From contig OZ244048.1 in the NCBI GenBank assembly GCA_965215265.1, forward strand, positions 2,272,001 to 2,336,000: a stretch of 64,000 bases of DNA, written 5' to 3'. The translations under genes and the position numbers were made by a program. Positions 8,352 to 18,483 of this stretch are shown here, one piece after another. The stretch's first letter is position 1; each line of letters starts with the position of its first letter. The stretch is from Candidatus Poribacteria bacterium (GTDB taxonomy: Bacteria > Poribacteria > WGA-4E > WGA-3G). The notes under the pieces were generated by a model. The model searched no databases. It had not been told where the DNA came from and saw only the letters and a program-made list of their open reading frames with translations.

Positions 8352-9671
8352 ATGAGGCAAACTACCGCACCAGAGACATCCAAACAAACACAAAGCAAAC
8401 GGCAGTTTTGGGACCCTTTCTTCAAAGAGTTCCTCGCGCTGCTGTTCTCTGACCTGGGTGCCTCTATCCAGACAGAGATAGAAGTGAACCGGTTGCCGCA
8501 GCGTATAGATGCACTCGCTCTCCTCGAAAGCGCCGCAGCCCGCGCGAGAGTGCGTGCGAATCCGCTGCTCTCTTACTTACGCACGCATAATCTGTTCGAA
8601 TTCAAAGGGCAGAACGACCCGTTGAATGAATCGGCGTATCACCGGATTTGTATGCGTGCGCGTGGTTATTTGGCAGATAAGCAGGTGCCTGCAACCGAGT
8701 TAACCCTGACGATAGTGTCGTCTCGGAAGCCGCGGGCACTGCTCTCCCGTCCGCCTTTTGGGGAGCCGTGGGAGCCATTGGCGGCAGGGCATTATCGGTT
8801 GATGGATGGCGTGCCGGTGCATCTGTTGGTTTGTAATGAAGTGGAGTTGGTTGAGCCGAATTATTGGTTGCTGCTGTTTGCGTCGTCGCGGAAACAGTTT
8901 CGTGCGTTCCTGCGGCGTGTGATAACAGAAGAGAATAAGTTATATTTTGACTCCGCGTTGTATTTGCAGCCGGAAGTCACGGAGGAGGTTTGTGAAATGG
9001 AAGGACATCAAGATTTCTTTCAGAGTCGTCTTCGCGAAGTTGCGACGACTTTGGGTCCGAAGCTGCTGTCGGCGCTGACATCGGAGGAGCGTGCGGACAT
9101 GCTGTCCCGCTTGAGTCCTCAAGACCGGGCGGATCTGCTCGCACGGCTGCCCGCTGAAGACCGGGCGGACATGTTAGCAAGGCTATCTGCGGCAGAACGT
9201 GCGGATATGTTGGCGAGTTTACCCGCGGCAGAACGTGCGGATATGTTGGCGAGTCTACCCGCGGCAGAACGTGCGGATATGTTGGCGAGTTTACCCGCGG
9301 CAGAGCGTGCGGATATGTTGGCGAGTTTACCGGTTGCGGAGCGTGCGGATATGTTGGCGAGTTTACCCGCGGCAGAACGTGCGGATATGTTGGCGAGTTT
9401 ACCCGCGGCAGAACGTGCGGATATGTTGGCGAGTCTACCCGCGGCAGAACGTGCGGATATGTTAGCACGGCTGCCCGCTGAAGCCCGCACGGACATGCTG
9501 GTCCGCTTGAGCCCTCAAGAACGGGCCGATATGTTAGCACGCCTGAGTCCCGATGAGCGCGTCAAAGGACTCAGCCCCGATGAGCGGTTAGCCGGACTTC
9601 ATTTATCTCCGGCGGTGCGTGCCGAACTCGTGCGGCAGCTGGAGACAGCTGACAATGGGACTGACACGTAA
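8352..9671 (+). CDS. Rpn-like PD-(D/E)XK nuclease/putative transposase with a 12-aa tandem-repeat C-terminal domain
   Basis: WDPFFKEFL N-terminus, RID and NLFEFKG catalytic-type residues, 13 x ERADMLAxLPAA-type units. Confidence 0.75.
   Translation: MRQTTAPETSKQTQSKRQFWDPFFKEFLALLFSDLGASIQTEIEVNRLPQRIDALALLESAAARARVRANPLLSYLRTHNLFEFKGQNDPLNESAYHRICMRARGYLADKQVPATELTLTIVSSRKPRALLSRPPFGEPWEPLAAGHYRLMDGVPVHLLVCNEVELVEPNYWLLLFASSRKQFRAFLRRVITEENKLYFDSALYLQPEVTEEVCEMEGHQDFFQSRLREVATTLGPKLLSALTSEERADMLSRLSPQDRADLLARLPAEDRADMLARLSAAERADMLASLPAAERADMLASLPAAERADMLASLPAAERADMLASLPVAERADMLASLPAAERADMLASLPAAERADMLASLPAAERADMLARLPAEARTDMLVRLSPQERADMLARLSPDERVKGLSPDERLAGLHLSPAVRAELVRQLETADNGTDT
8997..9671 (+). 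CDS. Predicted internally initiated small protein (RpnS-like antitoxin candidate)
   Basis: GGAGGAGG at 8981-8988, 8 nt before in-frame ATG 8997 (codon 216). Confidence 0.55.
   Translation: MEGHQDFFQSRLREVATTLGPKLLSALTSEERADMLSRLSPQDRADLLARLPAEDRADMLARLSAAERADMLASLPAAERADMLASLPAAERADMLASLPAAERADMLASLPVAERADMLASLPAAERADMLASLPAAERADMLASLPAAERADMLARLPAEARTDMLVRLSPQERADMLARLSPDERVKGLSPDERLAGLHLSPAVRAELVRQLETADNGTDT
9087..9554 (+). repeat. 36-bp coding tandem repeat, 13 units
   Basis: GAACGTGCGGATATGTTGGCGAGTTTACCCGCGGCA-type unit. Confidence 0.95.
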
Positions 9672-9820
9672 CATCACGGAGAGCCACCGTCCCGTGATAC
9701 TCGAATGCGGCAAGGATGACAAAACCGTCATCAGTTGAACAACCGGATCTGAGTTCAACAACGCAGGACCCAACAGCCGCCGTGGCGATGCTCGGAAACG
9801 CCGGGGGGGCTGCAGATGCC

Positions 9821-9974
9821 GCAGACAACGCGGTTGATCGGACATCTGAGTGCAGACGGAAAACTTACCGAACGGTGGGCGACGCTCAAATCGGAAGAGT
9901 AAACCCACTGACATTTAGTCTAACTCACCTCACCAGGGGCAGCAACCTTCGAGGAGCTGCCCCCTGGTTTTTTT
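9821..9974 (+). repeat. ~145-bp direct repeat (copy at 11121-11272) flanking Rpn-like gene 2; holds an orphan 3' gene end (ADGKLTERWATLKSEE*) and a terminator
   Basis: GCAGACAACGCGGTTGATCGGACATCTGAGTGCAGACGGAAAACTTACCGAACGGTGGGCGAC... nearly identical in both places. Confidence 0.9.
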
Positions 9975-10089
9975 GTTTTCAGAGAAGCACCGAGGCCGCC
10001 TTGAGAAGCGAAATCTGGAGACGGCCTTGACAAAATAATAGGGAGGCTGCTATACTTTATTATGAGAAGTGGAGCGCCTAAGCAGATAG

Positions 10090-11121
10090 ATGCGGCAAAC
10101 GACAGCATCGGATACATCTAAAGAAACACAAAGGAAACGGAAACTCTGGGACCCTTTCTTCAAAGAGTTCCTCGCCCTGCCCTTCTCTGGGCTGGGTGCC
10201 TCTATCCAGACAGAGATAGAAGTGAACCGGTTGCCGCAGCGTATAGATGCACTCGCTCTCCTCGACAGTGCCGCAGCCCGCGCGAGAGTGCGTGCCAACC
10301 CGCTGCTCTCTTACTTACGCACGTATAATCTGTTCGAGTTCAAAGGGCAGAACGACCCGTTGAATGCCTCTGCGTATCACCGGATTTGCATGCGTGCGCG
10401 TGGTTATCTGGCAGATAAGCAGGTGCCTGCAACCGAGTTAACCCTGACGATAGTGTCGTCTCGGAAGCCGCGGGTGCTGCTATCCCGTCCGCCTTTTGAG
10501 GAGCCGTGGGAGCCATTGGCGGCGGGGCATTATCGGGTGATGGATGGCGTGCCGGTGCATCTATTGGTTTGTAATGAAGTGGAGTTGGTTGAGCCGAATT
10601 ATTGGTTGCTGCTGTTTGCGTCGTCGCGGAAACAGTTTCGTGCGTTCCTGCGGCGTGTGATAACAGAAGAGAATAAGTTATATTTTGACTCCGCGTTGTA
10701 TTTGCAGCCGGAAGTCACGGAGGAGGTTTGTGAAATGGAAGGACATCAAGATTTCTTTCAGAGTCGTCTTCGCGAAGTTGCGACGACTTTAGGTCCGAAG
10801 CTGCTGTCTGCGCTGACTACGTCGGATAAGCTGTCTCTGTTGAATGCGATGCCCGCGGCAGAGCGTGCGGATATGTTGGCGAGTCTACCGGTTGCAGAGC
10901 GTGCGGATATGTTGGCGAGTCTACCGGTTGCAGAGCGTGCGGATATGTTGGCGAGTCTACCGGTTGCAGAGCGTGCGGATATGTTAGCACGCCTGAGTCC
11001 CGATGAGCGCGTCAAGGCATTTCAGAGTTTGTCGCCGGCGGAGATTCAGAATTTATCTCCGGCGGTGCGCGCAGAGCTCGTCCGGCAGCTGGAGGCAGCT
11101 GACAACCACACCGACACGTAG
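10090..11121 (+). CDS. Rpn-like PD-(D/E)XK nuclease paralog 2 (4 clean repeat units)
   Basis: N-terminal ~240 aa nearly identical to 8352-9671; internal GGAGGAGG and ATG at 10735; 36-bp repeats at 10861-11004. Confidence 0.75.
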   Translation: MRQTTASDTSKETQRKRKLWDPFFKEFLALPFSGLGASIQTEIEVNRLPQRIDALALLDSAAARARVRANPLLSYLRTYNLFEFKGQNDPLNASAYHRICMRARGYLADKQVPATELTLTIVSSRKPRVLLSRPPFEEPWEPLAAGHYRVMDGVPVHLLVCNEVELVEPNYWLLLFASSRKQFRAFLRRVITEENKLYFDSALYLQPEVTEEVCEMEGHQDFFQSRLREVATTLGPKLLSALTTSDKLSLLNAMPAAERADMLASLPVAERADMLASLPVAERADMLASLPVAERADMLARLSPDERVKAFQSLSPAEIQNLSPAVRAELVRQLEAADNHTDT

Positions 11122-11272
11122 CAGACAACGCGGTTGATCGGACATCTGAGTGCAGACGGAAAACTTACCGAACGGTGGGCGACACTCAAATCGGAAGAGT
11201 AAACCCACTGACATTTAGTCTAACTCACCTCACCAGGGGCAGCAACCTTCGGGGAGCTGCCCCTATTTTTTT
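11121..11272 (+). repeat. Second copy of the direct repeat with terminator
   Basis: Matches 9821-9965 with few substitutions. Confidence 0.9.
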
Positions 11273-11810
11273 ATGATTGACTCACGGATTTCGGGGGTTG
11301 AGCGGGGATGCGGATGTGTTTTTTTTCATTTGCATGCACTGAGGCGATAACGTCACGGATATCTGCTGCGCTTTCCCGTTGATATGCGAGGCAGATTGCG
11401 TGCGTTGTTGCCTGCGCACCTTTGATTCCTTCAGGATGATTATGGGTGATGGCAGTCACTTTATGAGCGGCTTTAAGGGCTGCATCTAAGTTTTCGCGGT
11501 TCAGAAAGGCTGCAGGTGAAACCCGCATCGCTGCCCCATTGCCATAACTGTTGTAGGGTTGCGGTTCTTCAGAATAAATCCAACGCCGAAATTTCCCGCC
11601 GTAGCCGTGGTGCGGATATCGCCGGCACCATTTTTGCATCGTCTCCGCCGGTGGGCGATTATGCAGTAGCATCTCCGCCACGGCTGCGGTACAAACAGAA
11701 TCGTCTGTCAAACGGCAAAATGTCCCGAAAAACGGAAAATCTTTGGTTTTAATCTGGTATCGTCTTCTTTCGTACATGGAGCCTACAATACCGCCAATAA
11801 TCGTGCCTAA
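11271..11810 (-). pseudogene. ADP-ribosylglycohydrolase family, truncated
   Basis: LGTIIGGIVGSMYE preceded by an in-frame TGA (start lost); TDDSVCT, SYGNGAAMRVSP, THNHPEG motifs; C-terminal part missing. Confidence 0.7.
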
Positions 11811-11988
11811 TCAGTTTCACACGCAGGCGGGTCAAGCCAGTCTCTATCTGAGTGTTTTAGGAAGGGAGGGGGTTGCACATTCCCCCTTGATTCAAGCACC
11901 TGAACGCTTCAGCATACAAAAAGCCTCTGGCGAGATGGGCACAGAAACACCATCGTAAAGCACGCCTGAACGCTTCAGGAGCCAAAAA

Positions 11989-13896
11989 TCACCAACTCAG
12001 ATAAACCACACGAAACTCAAAGATTAAGCCGACAATACTAATCACGGATGCGACAATCACATCGCCGATGACGAGCCCGATGAAGAACGGAATGGCGCGT
12101 CGATACAACCGCACGCCGCCCGTGGAGAGGAGGATGCGCTTGATCGTCCAACTGATGAGTAACGGGAACCAAAGTCCGGTAAATGTCCACCAACTTGAGA
12201 CGACGTATCCAACCGGGTGCAAGGGCCATTGAATAAATCGCCAGCGCAACAGTAGGAGGCTCACAGCGAAAACAAATCCACCTGCGGTATAGAACAGACC
12301 ACTGATGCTTGTTTCACTAGGGTTATAGAGCCATCCGGCGAGTCGATTAAAAGCTGCGCGTGCATACCACGAGCGTGCTTGTTCTAAGCCAACTTGATAG
12401 GAGAGATGCAAATGTCCCCAGGCAGCGGACAGCGCGCCTATGAAAATTGCGATGGCTAATACCGCCAGCAGATGTGTCGTATTAAAGCGTGTCTGATGCG
12501 CGAGTTTGAGTGCCTCCAATTGATGCGGCATCGGATGCGCCCGGTAAGAGAGGTGGTTCAGCCAGAAAAAGAGGGACATCACCGAAAGATTTCGATTCCC
12601 GATGCGGCGCGTGCCGAATGCATCCGTCAAAAGCAAGTCGGGGCCAGCATTGTAAAGGTCGTGCGCCGGGGGTCCCAATTCGGCACGAATCCGGGTGACC
12701 GTCATGGACATCGCAAAGTACAGGGCGAAAAATAGGAATGCAAACCAGACAGACATGCCTGCCCTGACGCAGAAACCCAAAATTAAGAGAAATCCGAGTA
12801 GTACGCCGACCGCCGCGGTTTTATACCGTAAAGCCTCGTCACTATCATCTGCCGCAGTTTTGCTGCGGAACACCGCCCGGAAGACTACGCGGATATAAGC
12901 ACGTGCCATCCACACCGTCCAGAGGAACAACCCGAGCCAAACGCCTCGGATTTGTGCCATTTCACGCGGGAATCCGATTGCACTTCTCCATCCGAAACTC
13001 TCGCCAACAATCCGTTGAAAGTGCCAAAAGAGATGAAAGAACCAGCATGAAAACCCAAGATCAAGCGGTATCAGGAAACCGACACCGATGGCAAACGGAA
13101 AAAAACTGATGCGGAAGCCGGGGTTGTTCATCGCGCTCCACGGTTTTTCGGCGAGACGGAAACTGTGGTAGAGCGGAATTGCTGGAAAAACCGGATTGAT
13201 CTGGTGTAAACTATAGAGAAGGTTCAACACAGCAGCGATGCTTAATCCGACTGCCATCATCCGACGGTTAAAAAAGATGCGCACCCCTTGCGTGATTTCA
13301 TAAGGGAGCTGTGCAATCGGGTAGGTGAGCCGTTCATGCTCCTGCCACTGCTTGCGTAAAAGCACATTGAGGCAGAGCATTGTGATACCGATGACGAGGC
13401 AGAACCCTATCCATATCAGTGTCGGCATCAGCCATGTCTGGATGTGGAGCGGGAGATAAAAGGTGGATTCACCCTCATAGAAGCCTCGTAGTACCTCCGG
13501 TTTACTGACAATCAGCCATGGTGGAAGATGCTGATGGAACAGCTGTGCCCATTCGTTTTCCGCGGTGGCATACCAAAAACCGTTCCCTAACAACGGAATC
13601 AGCACTTGTAGCATGTCGCGTCCGGCGAAAACAGACGCTTGACACAGCATAGCATAGATAGTGAGCAATTCAGTTTGTGTCAATGCTAAACTCGGGCGAA
13701 ACCGACGCAGCATGGTACTCAGTGCAATGAGCACCAGCAGTGTAAATAAAACATTGAACAGTAACGCTAAACTGGTAGGACGGTTGGAATCCCAAATGTA
13801 ACTTAGATGCAGAATCCAGTAACTATTAAAAGGGATAAGGACGGTGCCGATCAGTGTTGCACGTAGGGTGATAGGGCACCGCGGAATTGATTTCAT
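11989..13896 (-). CDS. Large integral membrane protein (DUF6785/DUF6784-like, peptide-transporter-like)
   Basis: Many TM segments; LRKQWQEHERLTYPIAQLP, TRIRAELG, WPLHPVGY, PFFIGLVIGD motifs. Confidence 0.8.
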   Translation of the reverse strand: MKSIPRCPITLRATLIGTVLIPFNSYWILHLSYIWDSNRPTSLALLFNVLFTLLVLIALSTMLRRFRPSLALTQTELLTIYAMLCQASVFAGRDMLQVLIPLLGNGFWYATAENEWAQLFHQHLPPWLIVSKPEVLRGFYEGESTFYLPLHIQTWLMPTLIWIGFCLVIGITMLCLNVLLRKQWQEHERLTYPIAQLPYEITQGVRIFFNRRMMAVGLSIAAVLNLLYSLHQINPVFPAIPLYHSFRLAEKPWSAMNNPGFRISFFPFAIGVGFLIPLDLGFSCWFFHLFWHFQRIVGESFGWRSAIGFPREMAQIRGVWLGLFLWTVWMARAYIRVVFRAVFRSKTAADDSDEALRYKTAAVGVLLGFLLILGFCVRAGMSVWFAFLFFALYFAMSMTVTRIRAELGPPAHDLYNAGPDLLLTDAFGTRRIGNRNLSVMSLFFWLNHLSYRAHPMPHQLEALKLAHQTRFNTTHLLAVLAIAIFIGALSAAWGHLHLSYQVGLEQARSWYARAAFNRLAGWLYNPSETSISGLFYTAGGFVFAVSLLLLRWRFIQWPLHPVGYVVSSWWTFTGLWFPLLISWTIKRILLSTGGVRLYRRAIPFFIGLVIGDVIVASVISIVGLIFEFRVVYLSW

Positions 13897-13909
13897 AAAA
13901 GGAAAAGAT

Positions 13910-14131
13910 ATGGTAGCCGTCGTATTCGGTTTTGTTGTATTGATTATTATAGGTGGCGGTATGCTGCTTGCGCGTTTGGTAACCTATGCAAAATCCAAAA
14001 ATTCTTGGATATGGGGTGCATTTCTTCTCATCCTACTCATCTGCGTTCCGATTTTTCTCTTAGGTATCGGCGCGTTGCTTCTGATGTGGTTGCTTAATCC
14101 ACCCAGTGGCTTCGGACCTTTTGGAAATTAA
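13910..14131 (+). CDS. Small two-TM hypothetical membrane protein
   Basis: MVAVVFGFVVLIIIGGG...; two hydrophobic stretches; starts only 13 nt from the divergent gene. Confidence 0.4.
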   Translation: MVAVVFGFVVLIIIGGGMLLARLVTYAKSKNSWIWGAFLLILLICVPIFLLGIGALLLMWLLNPPSGFGPFGN

Positions 14132-14221
14132 CAAGGCGCATGCTATATCCTCCGCGAAAAGCCGGGGTGTGAGTGCCTTCTGAGCGTTCTCGTAGATTGC
14201 ATGTTGAAACGAGAAAAGGTC

Positions 14222-14920
14222 TTAGTATGGGGCCGGTTCATCTGTTGTAGCTGTTGGTTGCGCGGGCGTGCCCTTGCCGGCGATGCGGAGAAACCATACG
14301 GTTAGCCCAACTGCGATGACAATCCAAATAATGCCCCAGATGAGGGTGTCGATGCCTGTGATTTCAGAAAGCATCCGTGCATCCGAACGGAGATGTGTCC
14401 GATCTAATACATCGCTCTTTATGTCCAGAATCGCATAGAGACAACTCGTTACACCTATTATGCGTAATATCCAGTCGTTGATAGATTCCGGAAGAAATAG
14501 CCCAATTGCGATCAGCACTGTTCCGGAACCGACTCCAAAAACGTAAGTAAACGCTCCCTCACCCAAACCGATCGAGATAATCACCATCCCGACACCGATA
14601 AGTACGCTAATCGCCTTGTCAAGACGTGTTCTTGCTGCTAAAACTAGAATGAGTCCCCCGCAGATGAGGCTGCCCAAGTACCCGGCACTCAACGTCCAAA
14701 AACGAGAACCGCCTTGTGTGAGGGCGTGCCCGCCTTGTTGTGTACTAACCTGAATTTCGATAATCCTGCCGCCTGTTACAATTGCGGCAAGCCCATGGCT
14801 GACCTCGTGCATAAACACAACAAAAATTTTAAGTGGGTACATAAAAGGAGTGCTCCACAATAGTCCAATGCCGATAAAAATTAAAAAGAGGGCAATATAA
14901 CGTTTAAAAAAGATTAACAT
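14222..14920 (-). CDS. M50-family membrane metallopeptidase
   Basis: HEVSH zinc motif, SAGYLG, SDARML; TM-rich. Confidence 0.85.
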   Translation of the reverse strand: MLIFFKRYIALFLIFIGIGLLWSTPFMYPLKIFVVFMHEVSHGLAAIVTGGRIIEIQVSTQQGGHALTQGGSRFWTLSAGYLGSLICGGLILVLAARTRLDKAISVLIGVGMVIISIGLGEGAFTYVFGVGSGTVLIAIGLFLPESINDWILRIIGVTSCLYAILDIKSDVLDRTHLRSDARMLSEITGIDTLIWGIIWIVIAVGLTVWFLRIAGKGTPAQPTATTDEPAPY

Positions 14921-15084
14921 AATTTCTCTTGAGTCTATCGGTAAGGCGAAGTCGATAGTATAGCGTGCAGTCGCCTTCAGCAAAATTTCACTTGCATCTT
15001 AATTCGGGAATCTGTTATAGTATACTATATCATTGGATCAATTAGCAAATTAAAAAAAACCGTATCGCTTTAATCGACAAAAAC

Positions 15085-16158
15085 ATGAACACGTTCGGAC
15101 ACCTTTTTCGGATAACGACCTGGGGCGAATCGCATGGTGGTGCGGTTGGTGTAGTCGTTGATGGCTGTCCCCCGCAGCTTGCGGTGGACATTTCGGCAAT
15201 ACAATTTGAATTGAATCGGCGGAAGCCTGGCCAGAGTCATCTCACCACGCCGCGCCAAGAGGGCGATGTGGTTGAGATTCTGTCGGGTGTGTTTGAAGGG
15301 AAAACGCTGGGCACGCCTATCTCAATGTTGGTATGGAATAAGAACGCACGGCCGTCCGAATACGAACACCTGAGAAACGTATACCGTCCGTCGCACGCAG
15401 ATTTTACGTATCAGCAGAAATACGGTATTCGGAATTGGCAGGGCGGTGGCAGGGCGAGCGCACGCGAGACCATCGGACGCGTTGCTGCAGGGGCGATTGC
15501 AAAACAGTTCTTACGGGAGCAGTGTGGTATAGAGATTCTCGCCTATGTCAAACAGATTCATACACTGATAGCAGACGTTGACAAGAACGCTGTGACGCTT
15601 GAGCAGATCGAAAGCAGTCCGGTGCGATGCCCTGATACGCGGATGAGTTCAAAGATGGCGGAACGTATCGATCAGGCGCGTCGAGACAGGGACTCACTCG
15701 GCGGTGTGATTGAGTCTGTCACACGCAACGTTCCGGTTGGACTCGGCGAACCGGTCTTTGACAAACTGAAGGCAGATTTGGCAAAAGGGATGATGTCCCT
15801 TCCTGCAACGATGGGATTTCAAATCGGCTCCGGGTTTGATGGTGTTACAATGAGCGGTGCTGAACACAACGATGCGTTTTACCGAGAGGATGGCCGTATC
15901 CGCACACGCACGAATAATTCTGGCGGGACACAAGGGGGCATTTCAAACGGCGAGAATATCGTGTTTCAGGTTGCGTTCAAGCCGACTGCCACGATCGGGA
16001 AAGAACAAGAGACGGTCGATGTTGACGGGAATCCGGTGACGTTAGCGGCGAGTGGGCGGCATGACCCGTGTGTGTTAGTCCGGGCACCTGCCATTGTAGA
16101 GGCAATGGCGGCACTGGTCCTAACCGACCATCTCCTTCGCCAGCGGGCGAAGACGTAG
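15085..16158 (+). CDS. aroC: Chorismate synthase
   Basis: [31 protein letters not shown]. Confidence 0.98.
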   Translation: MNTFGHLFRITTWGESHGGAVGVVVDGCPPQLAVDISAIQFELNRRKPGQSHLTTPRQEGDVVEILSGVFEGKTLGTPISMLVWNKNARPSEYEHLRNVYRPSHADFTYQQKYGIRNWQGGGRASARETIGRVAAGAIAKQFLREQCGIEILAYVKQIHTLIADVDKNAVTLEQIESSPVRCPDTRMSSKMAERIDQARRDRDSLGGVIESVTRNVPVGLGEPVFDKLKADLAKGMMSLPATMGFQIGSGFDGVTMSGAEHNDAFYREDGRIRTRTNNSGGTQGGISNGENIVFQVAFKPTATIGKEQETVDVDGNPVTLAASGRHDPCVLVRAPAIVEAMAALVLTDHLLRQRAKT

Positions 16159-16489
16159 CTAGACCTATTTTTGTGGTATCCAACTCTGGGATTGGACACC
16201 TGCTTGCATACACAGAGAAAACCGGTGGCTCAATTATGACAATTTACTTCCTCGTGTTGCCGGAGACGACAACAGCTGCGGAAGCGACCTGTGACGAAAC
16301 CGCATACGCCGCTTGAAAATTTGATGACAACGCACGTTTATACGGTTCGGCGTAGATCCGGCTGTCGCGACGGGTCCCTTCGTTACGACGGCGATTGATG
16401 TGCCCGGAATTTTCTGTTCGCAAATTTATTACTTGTTTGACGGTTTTTGTGTGATGGAATTGAGCGGCTTGGGAGGCACGGACAGCTGA

Positions 16490-17473
16490 ATGGCGAGAAC
16501 TTGGAAAATTGAAGCCACGACTTCAGACAAAACGTTTGAAAGCTACGCGCACCGGATCATCGGAGAACAATTCCGCGAGATGATGTTGCATCAAGCCGGT
16601 GCGAAAGTGGGTGCAGATATTGTATATGTGCATGATATGCGGGTGGCCTCCCGTAGATTGCGCGAGGCAATGGACAATTTCGCCTACTGTTTGCCAAAGA
16701 AGCCTTTCAAAGCGTACTACAAGCAGGTAAAGGCGATCACCCGGACGCTCGGGGCTGTTCGTGACCTGGATGTGCTTATTACGCGATTTGAAAAAGCGTT
16801 ACCGGTGCTCTCTAACGTAGAACAGTGTGATGTGCGAGAGTTAATCGCGCATCTCGAACAAAAACGAGAAGTAGCCCGCAAACCGATGTCCGCGTTGTTT
16901 GCCAAACTCGCGGAAGCGGATTTTGAAAAAAAGTTTTTGAGTAGTTTGGCTGCGATTCCTCACGTCAATCCTCATCTAGATGCCGACTCAGAATCGCGCA
17001 AGCCGTCCGAGGCAAAAGCGTGGCGTGAGAACCTTCTTGCCCATGCATGTAGAATTCTCCCTGGCAAAGTTGAGGACGTTTACGTCTGGGAACCTTTTAT
17101 TTATGATGCTTCACGGGGCGAAGAACTCCACAAGATGCGGATTTCAATCAAGCGGCTCCGATATTGTATGGAGTTTTTTGCCAAAATCTATGAGTCTGCA
17201 GAATTTGTCGCAGTTGTTATTGGGTTGCAGCGGCAACTCGGTAGTCTTCACGACTGCGATGTTGTTCTAGACCTCTTAACCGATTACCAAAAAACGCGTT
17301 CGCCTTTTCCACTGCCGGGCATTGCGACGCTCCTTGAACGGACCTGCGCAATGCGGGAAGCGGACTATGAAACCTTTTTGAAAAAATGGCAGCAGCTAGC
17401 AGCAACACAGTTTAAACAGAAATTATTAGCGACGTTTATCTCTAATACCTCACAGAAGGAGGAGGAATCTTAA
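16490..17473 (+). CDS. Tandem CHAD-domain protein
   Basis: VHDMRVASRRLR..LGAVRDLDV and LHKMRISIKRLRY..LGSLHDCDV. Confidence 0.85.
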   Translation: MARTWKIEATTSDKTFESYAHRIIGEQFREMMLHQAGAKVGADIVYVHDMRVASRRLREAMDNFAYCLPKKPFKAYYKQVKAITRTLGAVRDLDVLITRFEKALPVLSNVEQCDVRELIAHLEQKREVARKPMSALFAKLAEADFEKKFLSSLAAIPHVNPHLDADSESRKPSEAKAWRENLLAHACRILPGKVEDVYVWEPFIYDASRGEELHKMRISIKRLRYCMEFFAKIYESAEFVAVVIGLQRQLGSLHDCDVVLDLLTDYQKTRSPFPLPGIATLLERTCAMREADYETFLKKWQQLAATQFKQKLLATFISNTSQKEEES

Positions 17474-18459
17474 TGGACGGTAACGTGATCGGCGTAGATA
17501 TGGGCGGTACGAAGATTATCGCCTCCGTGGTGAATACAGAAGGCAGACTCTTAGGGAGTGCTAAAATCCCGACGAAAGCCGACAAAGGTACGGAGGTAGT
17601 GCTGGCTCGAATTGCGCAATGTATCCAAAAGGCAGTTGACAAATCCGGGGTTGAGCGTGAATCCATTCAGGCAGTCGGAATTGGTGCGCCGGGCCCACTC
17701 GATCCGGAGACAGGCGTTGTGGTTTTCGCGCCAAACCTCGGATGGACAGACGTTCCACTCAAAACCGAACTTGAAACCCGCGTCCGCATTCCGACCTTCG
17801 TAGACAATGATGTGAACGTTGGCACGCTTGGCGAACACACGTTTGGCGCGGGCAAAGGCATCTCAAATCTCGTTGGGATTTTTGTGGGAACTGGTATCGG
17901 CGGTGGTATCATCATGAATGGGGAGCTCTTTCATGGTGCCAGCAAGACAGCAGGTGAAATCGGGCACATCATTGTCAAAGCCGGCGGTCCGCGGTGTGGA
18001 TGCGGTACGAAAGGTTGCCTAGAAGCACTCGCCAGTCGCACTGCGATAACGAGGCAACTTCAAAAAGCGATCGTGAAGAAGGGAAAAAAAAGTGTACTAT
18101 CAGAACTTACGAATGGGGATCTGAAGCTAATTCGGAGCGGTATCTTAGCGAAAGCGCTGCGCCGCAACGATAAATTAACCGTGAAAGTCTTTAAAAAGGC
18201 GACGAAATATCTCGGAATTGGCATTGCATCTATTGCAAACTTTTTAAATCCGGAGATGATAGTACTCGGCGGCGGTGTTGTTGAGGCACTTGATGAGACA
18301 TTTCTCACGAATATCCAGAAGATTGCAGAGGACTATGCACTGCCGACTACCTTAAGCGGTGTCCAGATAGTCAGAGCTAAACTTGGGGACGATGCGGGCA
18401 TCCTGGGTGCAGCTGCTTTGGCACGGCAACGGCTCAATGCAATCCATAGCACCAATTAG
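17473..18459 (+). CDS. ROK-family sugar kinase (glucokinase-like)
   Basis: GVDMGGT, DNDVN, GTGIGGG, GEIGH, CGCGxxGCLEA. Confidence 0.9.
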   Translation: MDGNVIGVDMGGTKIIASVVNTEGRLLGSAKIPTKADKGTEVVLARIAQCIQKAVDKSGVERESIQAVGIGAPGPLDPETGVVVFAPNLGWTDVPLKTELETRVRIPTFVDNDVNVGTLGEHTFGAGKGISNLVGIFVGTGIGGGIIMNGELFHGASKTAGEIGHIIVKAGGPRCGCGTKGCLEALASRTAITRQLQKAIVKKGKKSVLSELTNGDLKLIRSGILAKALRRNDKLTVKVFKKATKYLGIGIASIANFLNPEMIVLGGGVVEALDETFLTNIQKIAEDYALPTTLSGVQIVRAKLGDDAGILGAAALARQRLNAIHSTN

Positions 18460-18483
18460 ATAGAGGCCAAAAGCACAAATATT

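Noticed and set aside
8977-9540. Repetitive antisense and alternative-frame ORFs over the VNTR
   Set aside because: Shadow frames of a stop-poor tandem repeat.
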